Below, in pieces: positions 27,179 to 36,463 of a stretch of 64,000 nucleotides of DNA. The notes beneath the pieces were generated by a model. The model was given only the letters and a program-made list of their open reading frames with translations, made no database searches and was not told the DNA's origin. A program made the translations under genes and the position numbers. The stretch comes from a virus (taxonomy: Duplodnaviria; Heunggongvirae; Uroviricota; Caudoviricetes). The stretch lies in the IMG/VR virus record IMGVR_UViG_3300045988_158233, one strand, 5' to 3'. The stretch's first letter is position 1. Every line of letters starts with the position of its first letter.

Positions 27179-28174
27179 GTGACCAGTAAGGCGTCTACGG
27201 ACGCCTTACTTTTTGGAAGGAATGTACCGGTGAATTATCTCTTCGTAGATGGCAATAGCCTGGGTTATTACCACCAACAATCTGACAAATTGCACAACGG
27301 CGAAATGGAAGTACAGGCTGCTTTCGGCTTTGTTAAGAACGTCCGTCGTTATGCCTCCATCCTCCATGCCCGACCTATGATTCTTTGGGATGGATTTAGT
27401 GACAAGCGTCGCGACTTTTACCCGGACTACAAAGCAAATCGCGACGACGATCCTGATATGAAAAAGATGAAGGAAGGCTTTGCTATCCAGAAGCCATACA
27501 TCCTCAAAATGATGACCGCGCTTGGAGTTACCCAACTCATTGCAAAAGATGCAGAAGCGGATGATCTGGCCGGGCTGCTGGTATCCCGCATGGCACCGCA
27601 GCCAACCGTTGAACACATCTATCTGTTAACAGGCGATAGCGACTGGCTTCAGTTAGTTCGTGAAAACGTAAGCTGGGTAAGCCTGCGTGAAGACGCCAAA
27701 AACAAGCAGGTTAATTTTGAGCAATTTGCGGAGCTGACAGGATTCGCCACGCCTCGCGCATTTTTGGAAGCAAAAGCATTACAAGGCGATAACTCGGACA
27801 ACATTAGCGGTGTTGGTGGCATTGGTGCTGGCGGTGCGAAAGAGCTGCTGCATGAATGGGGAAGTGTCGCAACGATGGTACGCGGCATCAACGACGGCTC
27901 AATCGTGGTTAATAAAGGGCGTCATAAGACCGCCTTCAACAAACTAGCGAAGAATGCCTTCAACGAGAAAACAGGCTGTCGAATGCTCGAAGCGTTCAAG
28001 AGAAACATCACGCTAATGAACCTGATTGAGACGAAGTTTCCGCCTACCGAAATCGAAACAATCAAAGGCAATCGTGACGTGAAAGCATTCGAGCAACTGT
28101 GCTACGAGCTGAATTTCCGTTCGTTCCTTGAAGACCTTGAAGTGTTTGTTCTTCCATTCGAAAGGTATTGCTAA
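27179..28174 (+). CDS. 5'-3' exonuclease / flap endonuclease (T4 RNase H-like)
   Basis: FEN motifs LFVDGNSL, YKANRD, LTGDSD, QGDNSDNISGVGGIG; a hairpin plus T-run overlies 27186..27214 so true start may be GTG 27230. Confidence 0.75.
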   Translation: MTSKASTDALLFGRNVPVNYLFVDGNSLGYYHQQSDKLHNGEMEVQAAFGFVKNVRRYASILHARPMILWDGFSDKRRDFYPDYKANRDDDPDMKKMKEGFAIQKPYILKMMTALGVTQLIAKDAEADDLAGLLVSRMAPQPTVEHIYLLTGDSDWLQLVRENVSWVSLREDAKNKQVNFEQFAELTGFATPRAFLEAKALQGDNSDNISGVGGIGAGGAKELLHEWGSVATMVRGINDGSIVVNKGRHKTAFNKLAKNAFNEKTGCRMLEAFKRNITLMNLIETKFPPTEIETIKGNRDVKAFEQLCYELNFRSFLEDLEVFVLPFERYC

Positions 28175-28440
28175 TGCTTAAATCGATTATCAATGGCGCT
28201 ACAACCACCCCTGCCCAACTGGCAAAAGAGATTGTCTTTTATCACGGTGAGTACGCTGTCATCGCACTGCCGTCAATTCTAGGCGCTGCCGGAATGAAAG
28301 CGACAGATCGCGAGTTTGGATTAGTCAGCGAGCAGGTCGTAAAAATCCTCGCTCGTGTATCCAGACTCCTTAACCACGATGCGATTGTATTCGATGAATC
28401 CGCCGCTTTAAAACGAATCAACGAAACAAAAGGAGCCTGA
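28168..28440 (+). CDS. hypothetical small protein
   Basis: 90-aa ORF between FEN and RecA-like genes. Confidence 0.35.
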   Translation: MLMLKSIINGATTTPAQLAKEIVFYHGEYAVIALPSILGAAGMKATDREFGLVSEQVVKILARVSRLLNHDAIVFDESAALKRINETKGA

Positions 28441-28442
28441 TC

Positions 28443-29516
28443 ATGGCAAAAGGAAAATCCGCACTGGCACTTGCTCTGAAAAAGAAAATCGGTAGCAACG
28501 ACGAAATTCAGAAAGTAACTCATTGGATTGATACAGGCTTTCCACCGTTAAACAAAGCTATTTCTGGTCGTTACGATGGCGGCTTCCCATGTGGTCGTAT
28601 CGTCGAAGTATTCGGTCCTCCAAGTGCAGGGAAAACGTTCCTTGCAACAGCAGCGATGATCTCCGCTCAAAAACAAGATGGTCTGGCGGTATTCCTCGAT
28701 CATGAAAACAGTTTTGACGTTGGCCTGGCTGTAGCCAATGGCCTGAACGCAGATGAGGATGACGGTCAGTGGGTATACAAGCAGCCAGATACCTTCGAAG
28801 ACTCTGTAGAGTTGATCGGCACAATACTTAAATTGGTTCGTGATGAAGAGCTTATCCCCGAATCAGCACCTATCTGTATCGTGGCTGACTCTCTTGCGTC
28901 TATGGTTCCGAACTCCAAAGCTGAGAAGTTCGAAAAGATGGCTGAAGGCACTGCCAAAGACAAAGATCAGCTAAACATGAACGACAATACGGCACTGGCT
29001 CGTGCGACGAGTGCGAACTTCCCTACTCTGGCTTTGTGGGCACGCAAATACAACGCCTGCATCATCTTCTTGAATCAGGTTCGCACAAAAATCGGTGTAA
29101 TGTTTGGCGACCCTACTACGTCGCCAGGTGGAGATTCACCGAAGTTCTACGCTTCTGTACGTATCCGTCTTGGTGCATCGGTGATGAAGGATGGTAAAGA
29201 GAAGATCGGCCAGGACGTAGGCGCAGAATGCATCAAAAACAAAGTTGCACCACCGTATGGCAAATGCACCTGGAAATTCTACTTCGATCCTACTCGTGGC
29301 CTCGACGTTATCGAATCGCTCGTCGAGTACATGCTGGAAGAAGGATACCTGCCAAAGAACGCCAGCGGGCGAGTTGAAATTGGTGACAAGAAATACACCA
29401 AATCGCAGATCGTCGAGATGTATCGGGAGAAGCCACTGGCTGAAATCATTGCGGCTTTGCAGGCAATCGACGACCGAAGAGCAAAAGACAACCCCACCGA
29501 GTCAGTAGAAGAGTAA
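28443..29516 (+). CDS. RecA-family recombinase
   Basis: Walker A GPPSAGKT, Walker B ICIVADSLASM, and conserved FLNQVRTKIGVMFGDPTTSPGG..PKFYASVRIRLG. Confidence 0.8.
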   Translation: MAKGKSALALALKKKIGSNDEIQKVTHWIDTGFPPLNKAISGRYDGGFPCGRIVEVFGPPSAGKTFLATAAMISAQKQDGLAVFLDHENSFDVGLAVANGLNADEDDGQWVYKQPDTFEDSVELIGTILKLVRDEELIPESAPICIVADSLASMVPNSKAEKFEKMAEGTAKDKDQLNMNDNTALARATSANFPTLALWARKYNACIIFLNQVRTKIGVMFGDPTTSPGGDSPKFYASVRIRLGASVMKDGKEKIGQDVGAECIKNKVAPPYGKCTWKFYFDPTRGLDVIESLVEYMLEEGYLPKNASGRVEIGDKKYTKSQIVEMYREKPLAEIIAALQAIDDRRAKDNPTESVEE

Positions 29517-29522
29517 ACACAA

Positions 29523-29550
29523 GGCGTCCACAGGACGCCTTTTTTATCTC
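29523..29550 (+). terminator. rho-independent terminator
   Basis: aggcgtcc-acag-gacgcct followed by TTTTTT. Confidence 0.6.
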
Positions 29551-29557
29551 TTGAAAA

Positions 29558-29576
29558 TATATAAGTACTTACTTAT
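29558..29576. promoter_or_regulatory. motif B-like palindrome
   Basis: atataagtacttacttat. Confidence 0.35.
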
Positions 29577-29608
29577 TATTTTCGCATAACAACCACATAG
29601 GAAAACAC

Positions 29609-29809
29609 ATGATCAAAATCTATCTATTGGCAGTAGCCACAGGCCTTTCAGTGGCTCTCATCTACGGTTTACTGGTTCCGTCGCTGATTTCTACCAAGAG
29701 TGATTTAGCCGTCATGTTTGGAGTTATCGTTGGTTTTGGTGCTCCTGTAATCGGTCTTATTGCTGGTCGTAAGTTTATCAACTCATTAATCAAAGCAAAG
29801 GGGAAATAA
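29609..29809 (+). CDS. small membrane protein
   Basis: 66 aa, two hydrophobic helices. Confidence 0.4.
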   Translation: MIKIYLLAVATGLSVALIYGLLVPSLISTKSDLAVMFGVIVGFGAPVIGLIAGRKFINSLIKAKGK

Positions 29810-29812
29810 GTA

Positions 29813-30643
29813 ATGAAGAAAGGTTTACTTGCAGTTGCTCTGGCGGCTATTTGCACAATGGGTCTTACTGGCTGCGATCGCGTGGAGCCTGGATACGTTG
29901 GCATCAAAGTAAACAAATTAGGTGAAGACAAAGGGATTGGTGAAGTGGTTGGCGTTGGTCGCCAATGGACAGGTCTTAACACCGAACTTTACGTATTCCC
30001 GACCTTCAAACAAATGAAGACCTACGACGAGCCGTTCACATTCCAGATGAGTGACGGTACTGCTATTGGTCACAAAATTGGCGTTGCGTATCTGGTTAAT
30101 CGTGACAAGGTAACGACGGTGTTCCAGACCTATCGCAAAGGCGTAGACGATATCACCGAATCAGATCTGCGTCAGAAAATTGCCGACTCTCTAAACCGTT
30201 TGGCCAGCCGTATGACCACTGACTCATTTATCGACGGTGGTAAGGCACAATTGCTGGACAACGCACTGAAAGATATTCAGAAAGAGATGTCTCCGGTTGG
30301 TATTGAGGTACTGAGCCTGTCATGGGTTGGAAAGCCTGATTACCCAAAAACTGTCATTGAATCTATTAACGCCAAAGTAACGGCTAACCAGCGTACTCTG
30401 CAACGTCAGCAGGAAGTTGAACAACGTAAAGCTGAGGCGAATATGCTACGTGAACAGGCTAATGGTGAAGCTGATGCTATCCGTGCTCGTGCGCAAGCAG
30501 AAGCAGACGCCATTCGTCTGCGCGGTGAAGCTCTGCGTCAAAACCCGAACGTTATGGAACTGGAAGCCATCAATAAATGGAATGGCCAGTTACCGCAGTA
30601 CATGACTCAAGGGGCTAACACTCCTTTCATTACAGTGAAATAA
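29813..30643 (+). CDS. SPFH/band-7 (prohibitin-like) lipoprotein
   Basis: Lipobox LTGC signal; band-7 core followed by Ala/Glu/Arg-rich coiled coil (EADAIRARAQAEADAIRLRGEA). Confidence 0.7.
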   Translation: MKKGLLAVALAAICTMGLTGCDRVEPGYVGIKVNKLGEDKGIGEVVGVGRQWTGLNTELYVFPTFKQMKTYDEPFTFQMSDGTAIGHKIGVAYLVNRDKVTTVFQTYRKGVDDITESDLRQKIADSLNRLASRMTTDSFIDGGKAQLLDNALKDIQKEMSPVGIEVLSLSWVGKPDYPKTVIESINAKVTANQRTLQRQQEVEQRKAEANMLREQANGEADAIRARAQAEADAIRLRGEALRQNPNVMELEAINKWNGQLPQYMTQGANTPFITVK

Positions 30644-30658
30644 CTCCCCTAAAAAGTT

Positions 30659-30686
30659 CAGGCGTCCAGTTGGACGCCTTTTTTAT
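30659..30686 (+). terminator. rho-independent terminator
   Basis: aggcgtcca-gttg-gacgcct followed by TTTTT. Confidence 0.6.
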
Positions 30687-30705
30687 CGCAATTATCTTAT
30701 TAAGA

Positions 30706-30718
30706 AAACAATTTGTTT
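30706..30718. promoter_or_regulatory. motif A palindrome
   Basis: aaacaatttgttt about 17 bp upstream of ATG at 30735. Confidence 0.4.
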
Positions 30719-30734
30719 AAAAGGATAAGAAAAC

Positions 30735-31160
30735 ATGGCAGCTATTAAGAAACTCTACGATGCCGCAAACGTGGCTCTGGATGTTATTGATGATGAAGTA
30801 GCAAAAGGCTTTCCTGAACCTGATTGGGCGCATCAGCTACGAAACGCTATCGCAGAAATGACCCCACCAGATCCAACCCCCGACGAGACAGACTGGCAGC
30901 GATTCATCCGTATGTACGCTCAGGAAATAGGTCCAACGCCAACGGCAGAGCAGGCAATGCTGCTGAAATACTTCAAAGAGGCGGGAGAGGATTTACCAAT
31001 TGATGACTCAGCATATTGGTTCCACTGCGCATGGCGTAAGTATGACGTGATATTCACACAAGGCATGGGAAGCAAAGATATGGTTGTGTGGCATCTACTC
31101 CATATAGACACAGCCGTTGACAGAGTTATTGAACAGTTTTTCCCTAAACAAGAAGATTGA
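30735..31160 (+). CDS. hypothetical protein
   Basis: 141-aa ORF. Confidence 0.45.
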   Translation: MAAIKKLYDAANVALDVIDDEVAKGFPEPDWAHQLRNAIAEMTPPDPTPDETDWQRFIRMYAQEIGPTPTAEQAMLLKYFKEAGEDLPIDDSAYWFHCAWRKYDVIFTQGMGSKDMVVWHLLHIDTAVDRVIEQFFPKQED

Positions 31161-31215
31161 TCGCCTATTCATAACTAACAAAATAAGTAAACACTAACCA
31201 CAAAAGGAAAAACAC

Positions 31216-31491
31216 ATGAGAGTTTTAGTTCGAATCGTTACCAGCACTGTCTATGACGTGTTTCCGCTTTTTATGGTCAAAGCCGATGGCCTTAACGACG
31301 AAGAAACTGACGCGCTGATCCAGCGTATTCTCGTTGAATATACAGGTCATGACGCTGATTCAGTGATGGTTGATGATGATGGTGTTTGTTGGCATAACGG
31401 CAACTGTTGGTACGTAGAAGAGACTCAACAAATCAGTGATGAAGATGCCGCACATCTTGAGCGTATTTTAAGCATCAGCACTTTTGAGTGA
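31216..31491 (+). CDS. hypothetical protein
   Basis: 91-aa ORF. Confidence 0.4.
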   Translation: MRVLVRIVTSTVYDVFPLFMVKADGLNDEETDALIQRILVEYTGHDADSVMVDDDGVCWHNGNCWYVEETQQISDEDAAHLERILSISTFE

Positions 31492-31706
31492 GTTTACAGT
31501 AAAATTTATATAAGTTAGTATCTACCTATCATGAAGATTTTTATTGAATACTTGTTACTCATCGTTTCAATAGCTTTTGCCATCGACTGCATTTTCACCG
31601 GTGTCATTCGTAAAGTCTTTTCCCCGGTGAACGACGTAGTCATAAACGCTTTGGCTATCGTGCTCGTATTTAATTCAGCATTTGATGTAATCAAAGAGGT
31701 GGCAGC

Positions 31707-32042
31707 ATGAAGGCCATCCCATTCGCGCTGTTGTTCCTTTCTTCGATCGTTGTGGCCGACACCACTGTTTATCAGTGTGAAATGTCTGTAGCCGACGTTA
31801 AGAATGGCGCTCTTACCGACGTCATAAAAGCACCATATGGCGCGATGGTCGTAGACAGCGGCGACCAGTTCTATGTTGTGCGAGACGATCGAGTATTGTC
31901 ATCCCCATATCTCACAAACCGTAATGGCAAATTAACCGGCGTCGGAGAAGACCACTTCGTATACAACAAATACAAGGGCTTCTATGGCGTTCACGCTTCT
32001 CAGCAAAGCTACCTTTTCGATGACTGCAAGGAGGTTGGATAA
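31707..32042 (+). CDS. small secreted protein
   Basis: N-terminal signal peptide MKAIPFALLFLSSIVVA. Confidence 0.45.
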   Translation: MKAIPFALLFLSSIVVADTTVYQCEMSVADVKNGALTDVIKAPYGAMVVDSGDQFYVVRDDRVLSSPYLTNRNGKLTGVGEDHFVYNKYKGFYGVHASQQSYLFDDCKEVG

Positions 32043-32254
32043 TGGCATTAACACTGGCAGGTCTGGAAATCGAGAAAACAAGCGGATACTGGCGTGCTAA
32101 GGGTTTCAAGCAGCCTGGCATTCTTGAGCGTCTGGAACGTGAAGATGGGTATATCGTCCACCAGCGGCGTGAATGGCGTATGTACGATCCAGAAACAGGA
32201 AAACTGACTACAAAAGCCGGAACACTTTGGGGTCTGTTGAAGAAAATACACTAA
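32042..32254 (+). CDS. hypothetical small protein
   Basis: 70-aa ORF overlapping previous stop. Confidence 0.35.
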   Translation: MALTLAGLEIEKTSGYWRAKGFKQPGILERLEREDGYIVHQRREWRMYDPETGKLTTKAGTLWGLLKKIH

Positions 32255-32302
32255 ATGCAAACTGACTGCGGCACGTTCCGCAGTCATATTTCATAGTCGT
32301 CA

Positions 32303-32834
32303 CCGCTGACAGCATACACAATCAACTGCCGCTGATAGCATATCGAGAGTCTATCTCACCGCTCACAGCATACTTTACTCGATTTTTTACCGCTGACAGC
32401 ATACTTAAGACATTGCATGAATAATGTGTACCGGTATGGGTATAACCAGAACAAAATTACCGCTGGCAGCATACGAAGGTCTGATATATGCCATTAATTA
32501 CCGCTGATAGCATATCCAAACAAAAATTCCTCAATAAAACACCGCTGACAGCATACGTTCTATCAGGGAGCAGCAGGCAATAAATACCTTTCACTACAAG
32601 TAATCAGCGCAATGGGAATAGAATGTTAGTGAGCGCAAACCTATATGGAATGCACTCTTCGAGGTTAGTAACCACTGGGGAGGTATAAAAGAGCATTGAG
32701 TGGTGATAGATGATTTACCGCTCACAGCATACGTTTATCTCACTATACCGCTGGTAGCATATCTTTAACCGTTCACAGCATACTTTTCAGAAAAATAGCC
32801 GCTGATAGCATACATTTCACCGCTGACAGCATAT
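32303..32834. repeat. iteron array downstream of repA (incA-like copy-control repeats)
   Basis: About 11 copies of CCGCTGACAGCATAC and variants (ccgctgatagcatat, ccgctcacagcatac, ccgctggcagcatac, ccgttcacagcatac) with irregular spacing. Confidence 0.8.
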
Positions 32835-33928
32835 CAAAGCAGTTTGAGACTATTGGAAAGGATCTCAATCATCTTGATATTTTCAGGCGTCAAATTCTGC
32901 GAAAGTTCAGTTATCTTGTTGATAATGTTCTGTTTAGCATCAATTTCCCCGGCTTTCTCATCTGGTTTTTTGGGTTCGATGTCTTCAGGTTTTGGCGGTG
33001 CGACTTTAAGTTTTGGATTGCGGCTGTGAATCTGGATATAGATCGACCGCCCTCGCTTAATCTCGCTGTATTCGAGATAGCCCAAATCTTGGAGAGCTTT
33101 TAAGCCGTTACGTATAGTCTGATTCTGCGAGCTTACATTCCTGCTACTCAAATTGAGTCGCGCACGCAATCGAGCAAGCGATACCGGCGCAGGCTTGGTT
33201 GGAAGACTTTCGATGAAGGTGTACAGAGCCTGTGCTGTTTCTTTGCGTGGTAGCTTATTGATAACCTTTAACTGCAAAAGAACCTTATGGTCAAAGCGAT
33301 ATAGTTCGGCCAGCTTCGGTTCTGCATAGAACACCACCGTATCTTTCTGCTCGTTGTAGTCCACGCTATTGATGAGGTGCACCATCAGAAGCGAGATCTT
33401 GTTAGAGCCGTCGACGTTCTTTTCTTCATACGTTCTCTGGAAAGACAGAGTTGTACGCATGATCTTCAAAAGACTGTTTGTAAGCCGGTCGCGGAGTGTT
33501 TTGCGGATCTGTGACGATGGATAGCCACAAAACTTCGCAAATTTCGTGATGCTTAACTCGACACGACCGTTAGGTTCGCCGTATTCTGCCAGCGAACGCA
33601 CAACGCCCACCCACGTTTTGAAATCATGATCCATGTCGAGACGAGGACCGGTTATCTTGATATCGGAATAGCCTTCAGAACGGGCTACTTCGAGCTGAAC
33701 AAGCTCCTTTGAAGCATCGATCTCATTTGGCTTGTTACGCTTGCTGTATTTTGTCCCCTTGAGCGTGGGCACGAACAATCCCAGCCGCATCAACGCAATT
33801 GGTTGGACTGTATTGTTGCTATTAGGGACAAGTTCCCCTGTGTACAATTCAAGGGAACCTTCTTCAAAGTTGTCGAGATTATCTTCTACTTCTTTGTTAT
33901 TTTTACCTTTTTTATTTTTTGTGGACAT
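32834..33928 (-). CDS. repA: iteron-binding replication initiator (RepA-like)
   Basis: Gene flanked on both sides by the same 15-bp iterons; start chosen at internal ATG (MSTKNKKGK) just downstream of the upstream iterons; basic N-terminus. Confidence 0.65.
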   Translation of the reverse strand: MSTKNKKGKNNKEVEDNLDNFEEGSLELYTGELVPNSNNTVQPIALMRLGLFVPTLKGTKYSKRNKPNEIDASKELVQLEVARSEGYSDIKITGPRLDMDHDFKTWVGVVRSLAEYGEPNGRVELSITKFAKFCGYPSSQIRKTLRDRLTNSLLKIMRTTLSFQRTYEEKNVDGSNKISLLMVHLINSVDYNEQKDTVVFYAEPKLAELYRFDHKVLLQLKVINKLPRKETAQALYTFIESLPTKPAPVSLARLRARLNLSSRNVSSQNQTIRNGLKALQDLGYLEYSEIKRGRSIYIQIHSRNPKLKVAPPKPEDIEPKKPDEKAGEIDAKQNIINKITELSQNLTPENIKMIEILSNSLKLL

Positions 33929-33949
33929 GTGGACACCTTTGTCATTCAA

Positions 33950-34050
33950 CCGCTGACAGCATACTTGATTTGCCGCTGACAGAATACCAAAAACAGTTGG
34001 CAGCATACGGTGAACCGCTGACAGACTATCAATTACCGCTGACAGCATAC
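33950..34050. repeat. iteron array upstream of repA (origin/incC-like)
   Basis: About 5 copies of CCGCTGACAGCATAC-type repeats between 33950 and 34050. Confidence 0.75.
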
Positions 34051-34087
34051 ATGAACATGGCTTCAGACCAGTCGTGGCGCGGCTTAC

Positions 34088-34165
34088 AGCGATCGGGGAT
34101 CTTATTTGATCTATACAAGGATCTATCTATGGATCTCTTTATTGGGATCTATCCTGTGGATATGT
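34088..34165. promoter_or_regulatory. GATC-rich origin segment with DnaA-box-like site
   Basis: Six GATC within 34091..34149 at 7-12 bp spacing, then TGTGGATAT (8/9 match to DnaA box TGTGGATAA). Confidence 0.55.
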
Positions 34166-34249
34166 GAATAATTAAAACAGGCATTTACTACCTTCGGCGC
34201 ACCTGGTGGGTTATCGTTGCCTCGGCTAACAATCACAGAAAAATGACAT

Positions 34250-34894
34250 ATGGATCTAAAACGCACGCGCTGGGTTCGTCGTCTTGAAGACGGCTCCTAC
34301 ACTATCGAATCAAATTCCAACCTGAATAAGCAGAAGTTGCTTTGTGACATCTGCGGTATAGCGGCGAAGTGCCCGATCTACGAAACCAGAATTAAACTTG
34401 ATAAGGCTGGTGTGAATTTTCATTTAAACAGTTGCATCAGGTACGTTCCATTACTCGCATTTCGTAAACCGATCATCGGATTGGATGCTCCCTACTTCAA
34501 CACACTCCGTTCAGGTGTGACGTGGCGAGATCGTTTATCACCAGACAAGCTGATTTGCCTCGTATCCGCAGACACAGGGAAAATCATCCGTTTTGGGAAA
34601 GTAGACAAGGTTTACTCAGGCCCAGTAGACGAAATGTTGCGGAAACACAGCCGGTTTAATCATCTCTGTATGGGTGGTGAGAAAATCGAGAAGGTAGAAG
34701 AAGTGATCCGCAAATCCTACGGACACTTTCTGACCAAAGATAGCCTGCTCACCGCAATCTACATCAGACATGTAAAACGTGAGTTCGACCTCGAATACCA
34801 CAGCGAAGAAGAGCTTAACCTTGTTGACCCACGTCCAAAAGCTGGCGTCATAAGCATAAACGCAGCGCGTAAAAAGCCCACTGACGCGCTGTAA
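34250..34894 (+). CDS. hypothetical protein
   Basis: 214-aa ORF next to origin. Confidence 0.5.
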   Translation: MDLKRTRWVRRLEDGSYTIESNSNLNKQKLLCDICGIAAKCPIYETRIKLDKAGVNFHLNSCIRYVPLLAFRKPIIGLDAPYFNTLRSGVTWRDRLSPDKLICLVSADTGKIIRFGKVDKVYSGPVDEMLRKHSRFNHLCMGGEKIEKVEEVIRKSYGHFLTKDSLLTAIYIRHVKREFDLEYHSEEELNLVDPRPKAGVISINAARKKPTDAL

Positions 34895-35017
34895 CCCTCC
34901 AGATCGTATATTGGCGTAGATAGAATCTACGCCCCCTCAAAATAGCTCTCATAGCGTTCTACAGTGATCCTGTCTTATTTTTAGTCATACAGACAAGCAA
35001 AGTTGCGCCACGATAAA

Positions 35018-35040
35018 TAGGTATATACTTACTTATAAAT
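35018..35040. promoter_or_regulatory. motif B-like palindrome
   Basis: ataggtatatacttacttat. Confidence 0.3.
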
Positions 35041-35148
35041 TTTGTATATTAAGGCGCTCGTTTCATTCCTAACATACCGTTATGCATAGTTGTTTACCTC
35101 CTCATTGCTCTTAGAATTTGTATCAAAATAACCACAAAGGAAAAATAC

Positions 35149-36234
35149 ATGACTTTGCCATACGGCGTCATTTCTGACTGCCACTACCACAAATGGGATG
35201 CGTTCTCCACGACGAACGCTGAGGGGCTTAACTCCAGACTTGAAATACAGTTGGAAGCAACGAAAGAAGCAGCCATCGCCATGAAGAAGGCCGGTTGTAA
35301 GTACATGTTGGTTGCCGGTGATACATTTCACGTCCGAGGAACTGTGTCCCCTTCTGTTTTGCATTACGTAACTGAAACGTACAAGTGGATTATCAACGAG
35401 CTTGATCTGACAGTAGTAATGCTGGCCGGTAATCACGATCTTGAAACCAACGATTCAGTATATAGCGCCAACGCAGCAGCATCGCTGAGTTCTATCGGCG
35501 TGGTAATCGTATGTGGCAAGCGCCCACACTCAATAAAAATTGGTGATGTGACTGTCCACCTGATTAGCTGGCGTAACAATCATGCGGAACTTATCAGCGA
35601 TCTGAAAGCATTACGTAAGAGCGTAGAAGGTGATAATCATGACGTTGTTATCCATACATCCATTAACAAAGCCATTCCAACAATGCCTGACGTCGGTATC
35701 GATGCGCAGGAGTTAAAGGATATCGGCTTTCGTCTCGTGCTTAGTGGGCATTACCACAACCACAAAGAGGTCATTCCTGGAGTTATCAGTGTCGGTGCAC
35801 TGACTCATCAAAATTGGGGAGATGTTGGATCTCTGGCTGGCTACATGATCGTAAACCCGGACGGCAGTTTCAGTCACTACGAAACCAGTGCGCCTAAATT
35901 CATTAACCTGGAAGATGATGTTGCTGATGACCAAATTCGCGGCAACTACGTGCGTTTCCGCGCCGTAATTGAGAACGATGAAGAAGGCATTAAGTACCAG
36001 AACATCCTCAAAACAATGGGTGCAAAAGGTGTCGTGTGCAACTTCATCCGTAAGTCATCAATGATGGAAGGGACAGCCAGCACAACTGAAACCAGCAAAA
36101 TCGATAGCCTAGGAGAGTCGGTATCTGCTTATTGCAAGATTGTCCACGATACTGACGGCGGATTTGATCTGAGCAAATTGGATATTTTGTGTCAGGAAAT
36201 CCTCACCGAAGCGGAGAGTTCGGAGGCTGTGTGA
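35149..36234 (+). CDS. SbcD/Mre11-like nuclease (calcineurin-like phosphoesterase)
   Basis: Phosphoesterase motifs DCHYH, GDTFH, GNHD, SGHYHNH. Confidence 0.75.
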   Translation: MTLPYGVISDCHYHKWDAFSTTNAEGLNSRLEIQLEATKEAAIAMKKAGCKYMLVAGDTFHVRGTVSPSVLHYVTETYKWIINELDLTVVMLAGNHDLETNDSVYSANAAASLSSIGVVIVCGKRPHSIKIGDVTVHLISWRNNHAELISDLKALRKSVEGDNHDVVIHTSINKAIPTMPDVGIDAQELKDIGFRLVLSGHYHNHKEVIPGVISVGALTHQNWGDVGSLAGYMIVNPDGSFSHYETSAPKFINLEDDVADDQIRGNYVRFRAVIENDEEGIKYQNILKTMGAKGVVCNFIRKSSMMEGTASTTETSKIDSLGESVSAYCKIVHDTDGGFDLSKLDILCQEILTEAESSEAV

Positions 36235-36463
36235 AGCAAAGTCGTTATGGGAGCTTTCGAGACTTTGCCATCACGATGAAAAGACTTGAACGAGGCCAGA
36301 CGGTGATGTTTCACAAGCCCTACCCGCCACAAGGAAATCCCGTAGCGTTTTATCTTGGAAGGTTAACAAGAAAAGGCGTATTGAGGCGCAGATCCTTCCC
36401 GGCGCATACGGAGTTCAGATTGAAAGAAGGCCAAAAGCTAACACACGGTATCAGAGGTGTTAT

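Noticed and set aside
32303-34050. Possible CRISPR array because of many short direct repeats
   Set aside because: Repeats are 15 bp with irregular, mostly short spacing, are degenerate, and flank a rep gene on both sides; this is an iteron pattern, not repeat-spacer architecture, and no cas genes are present.
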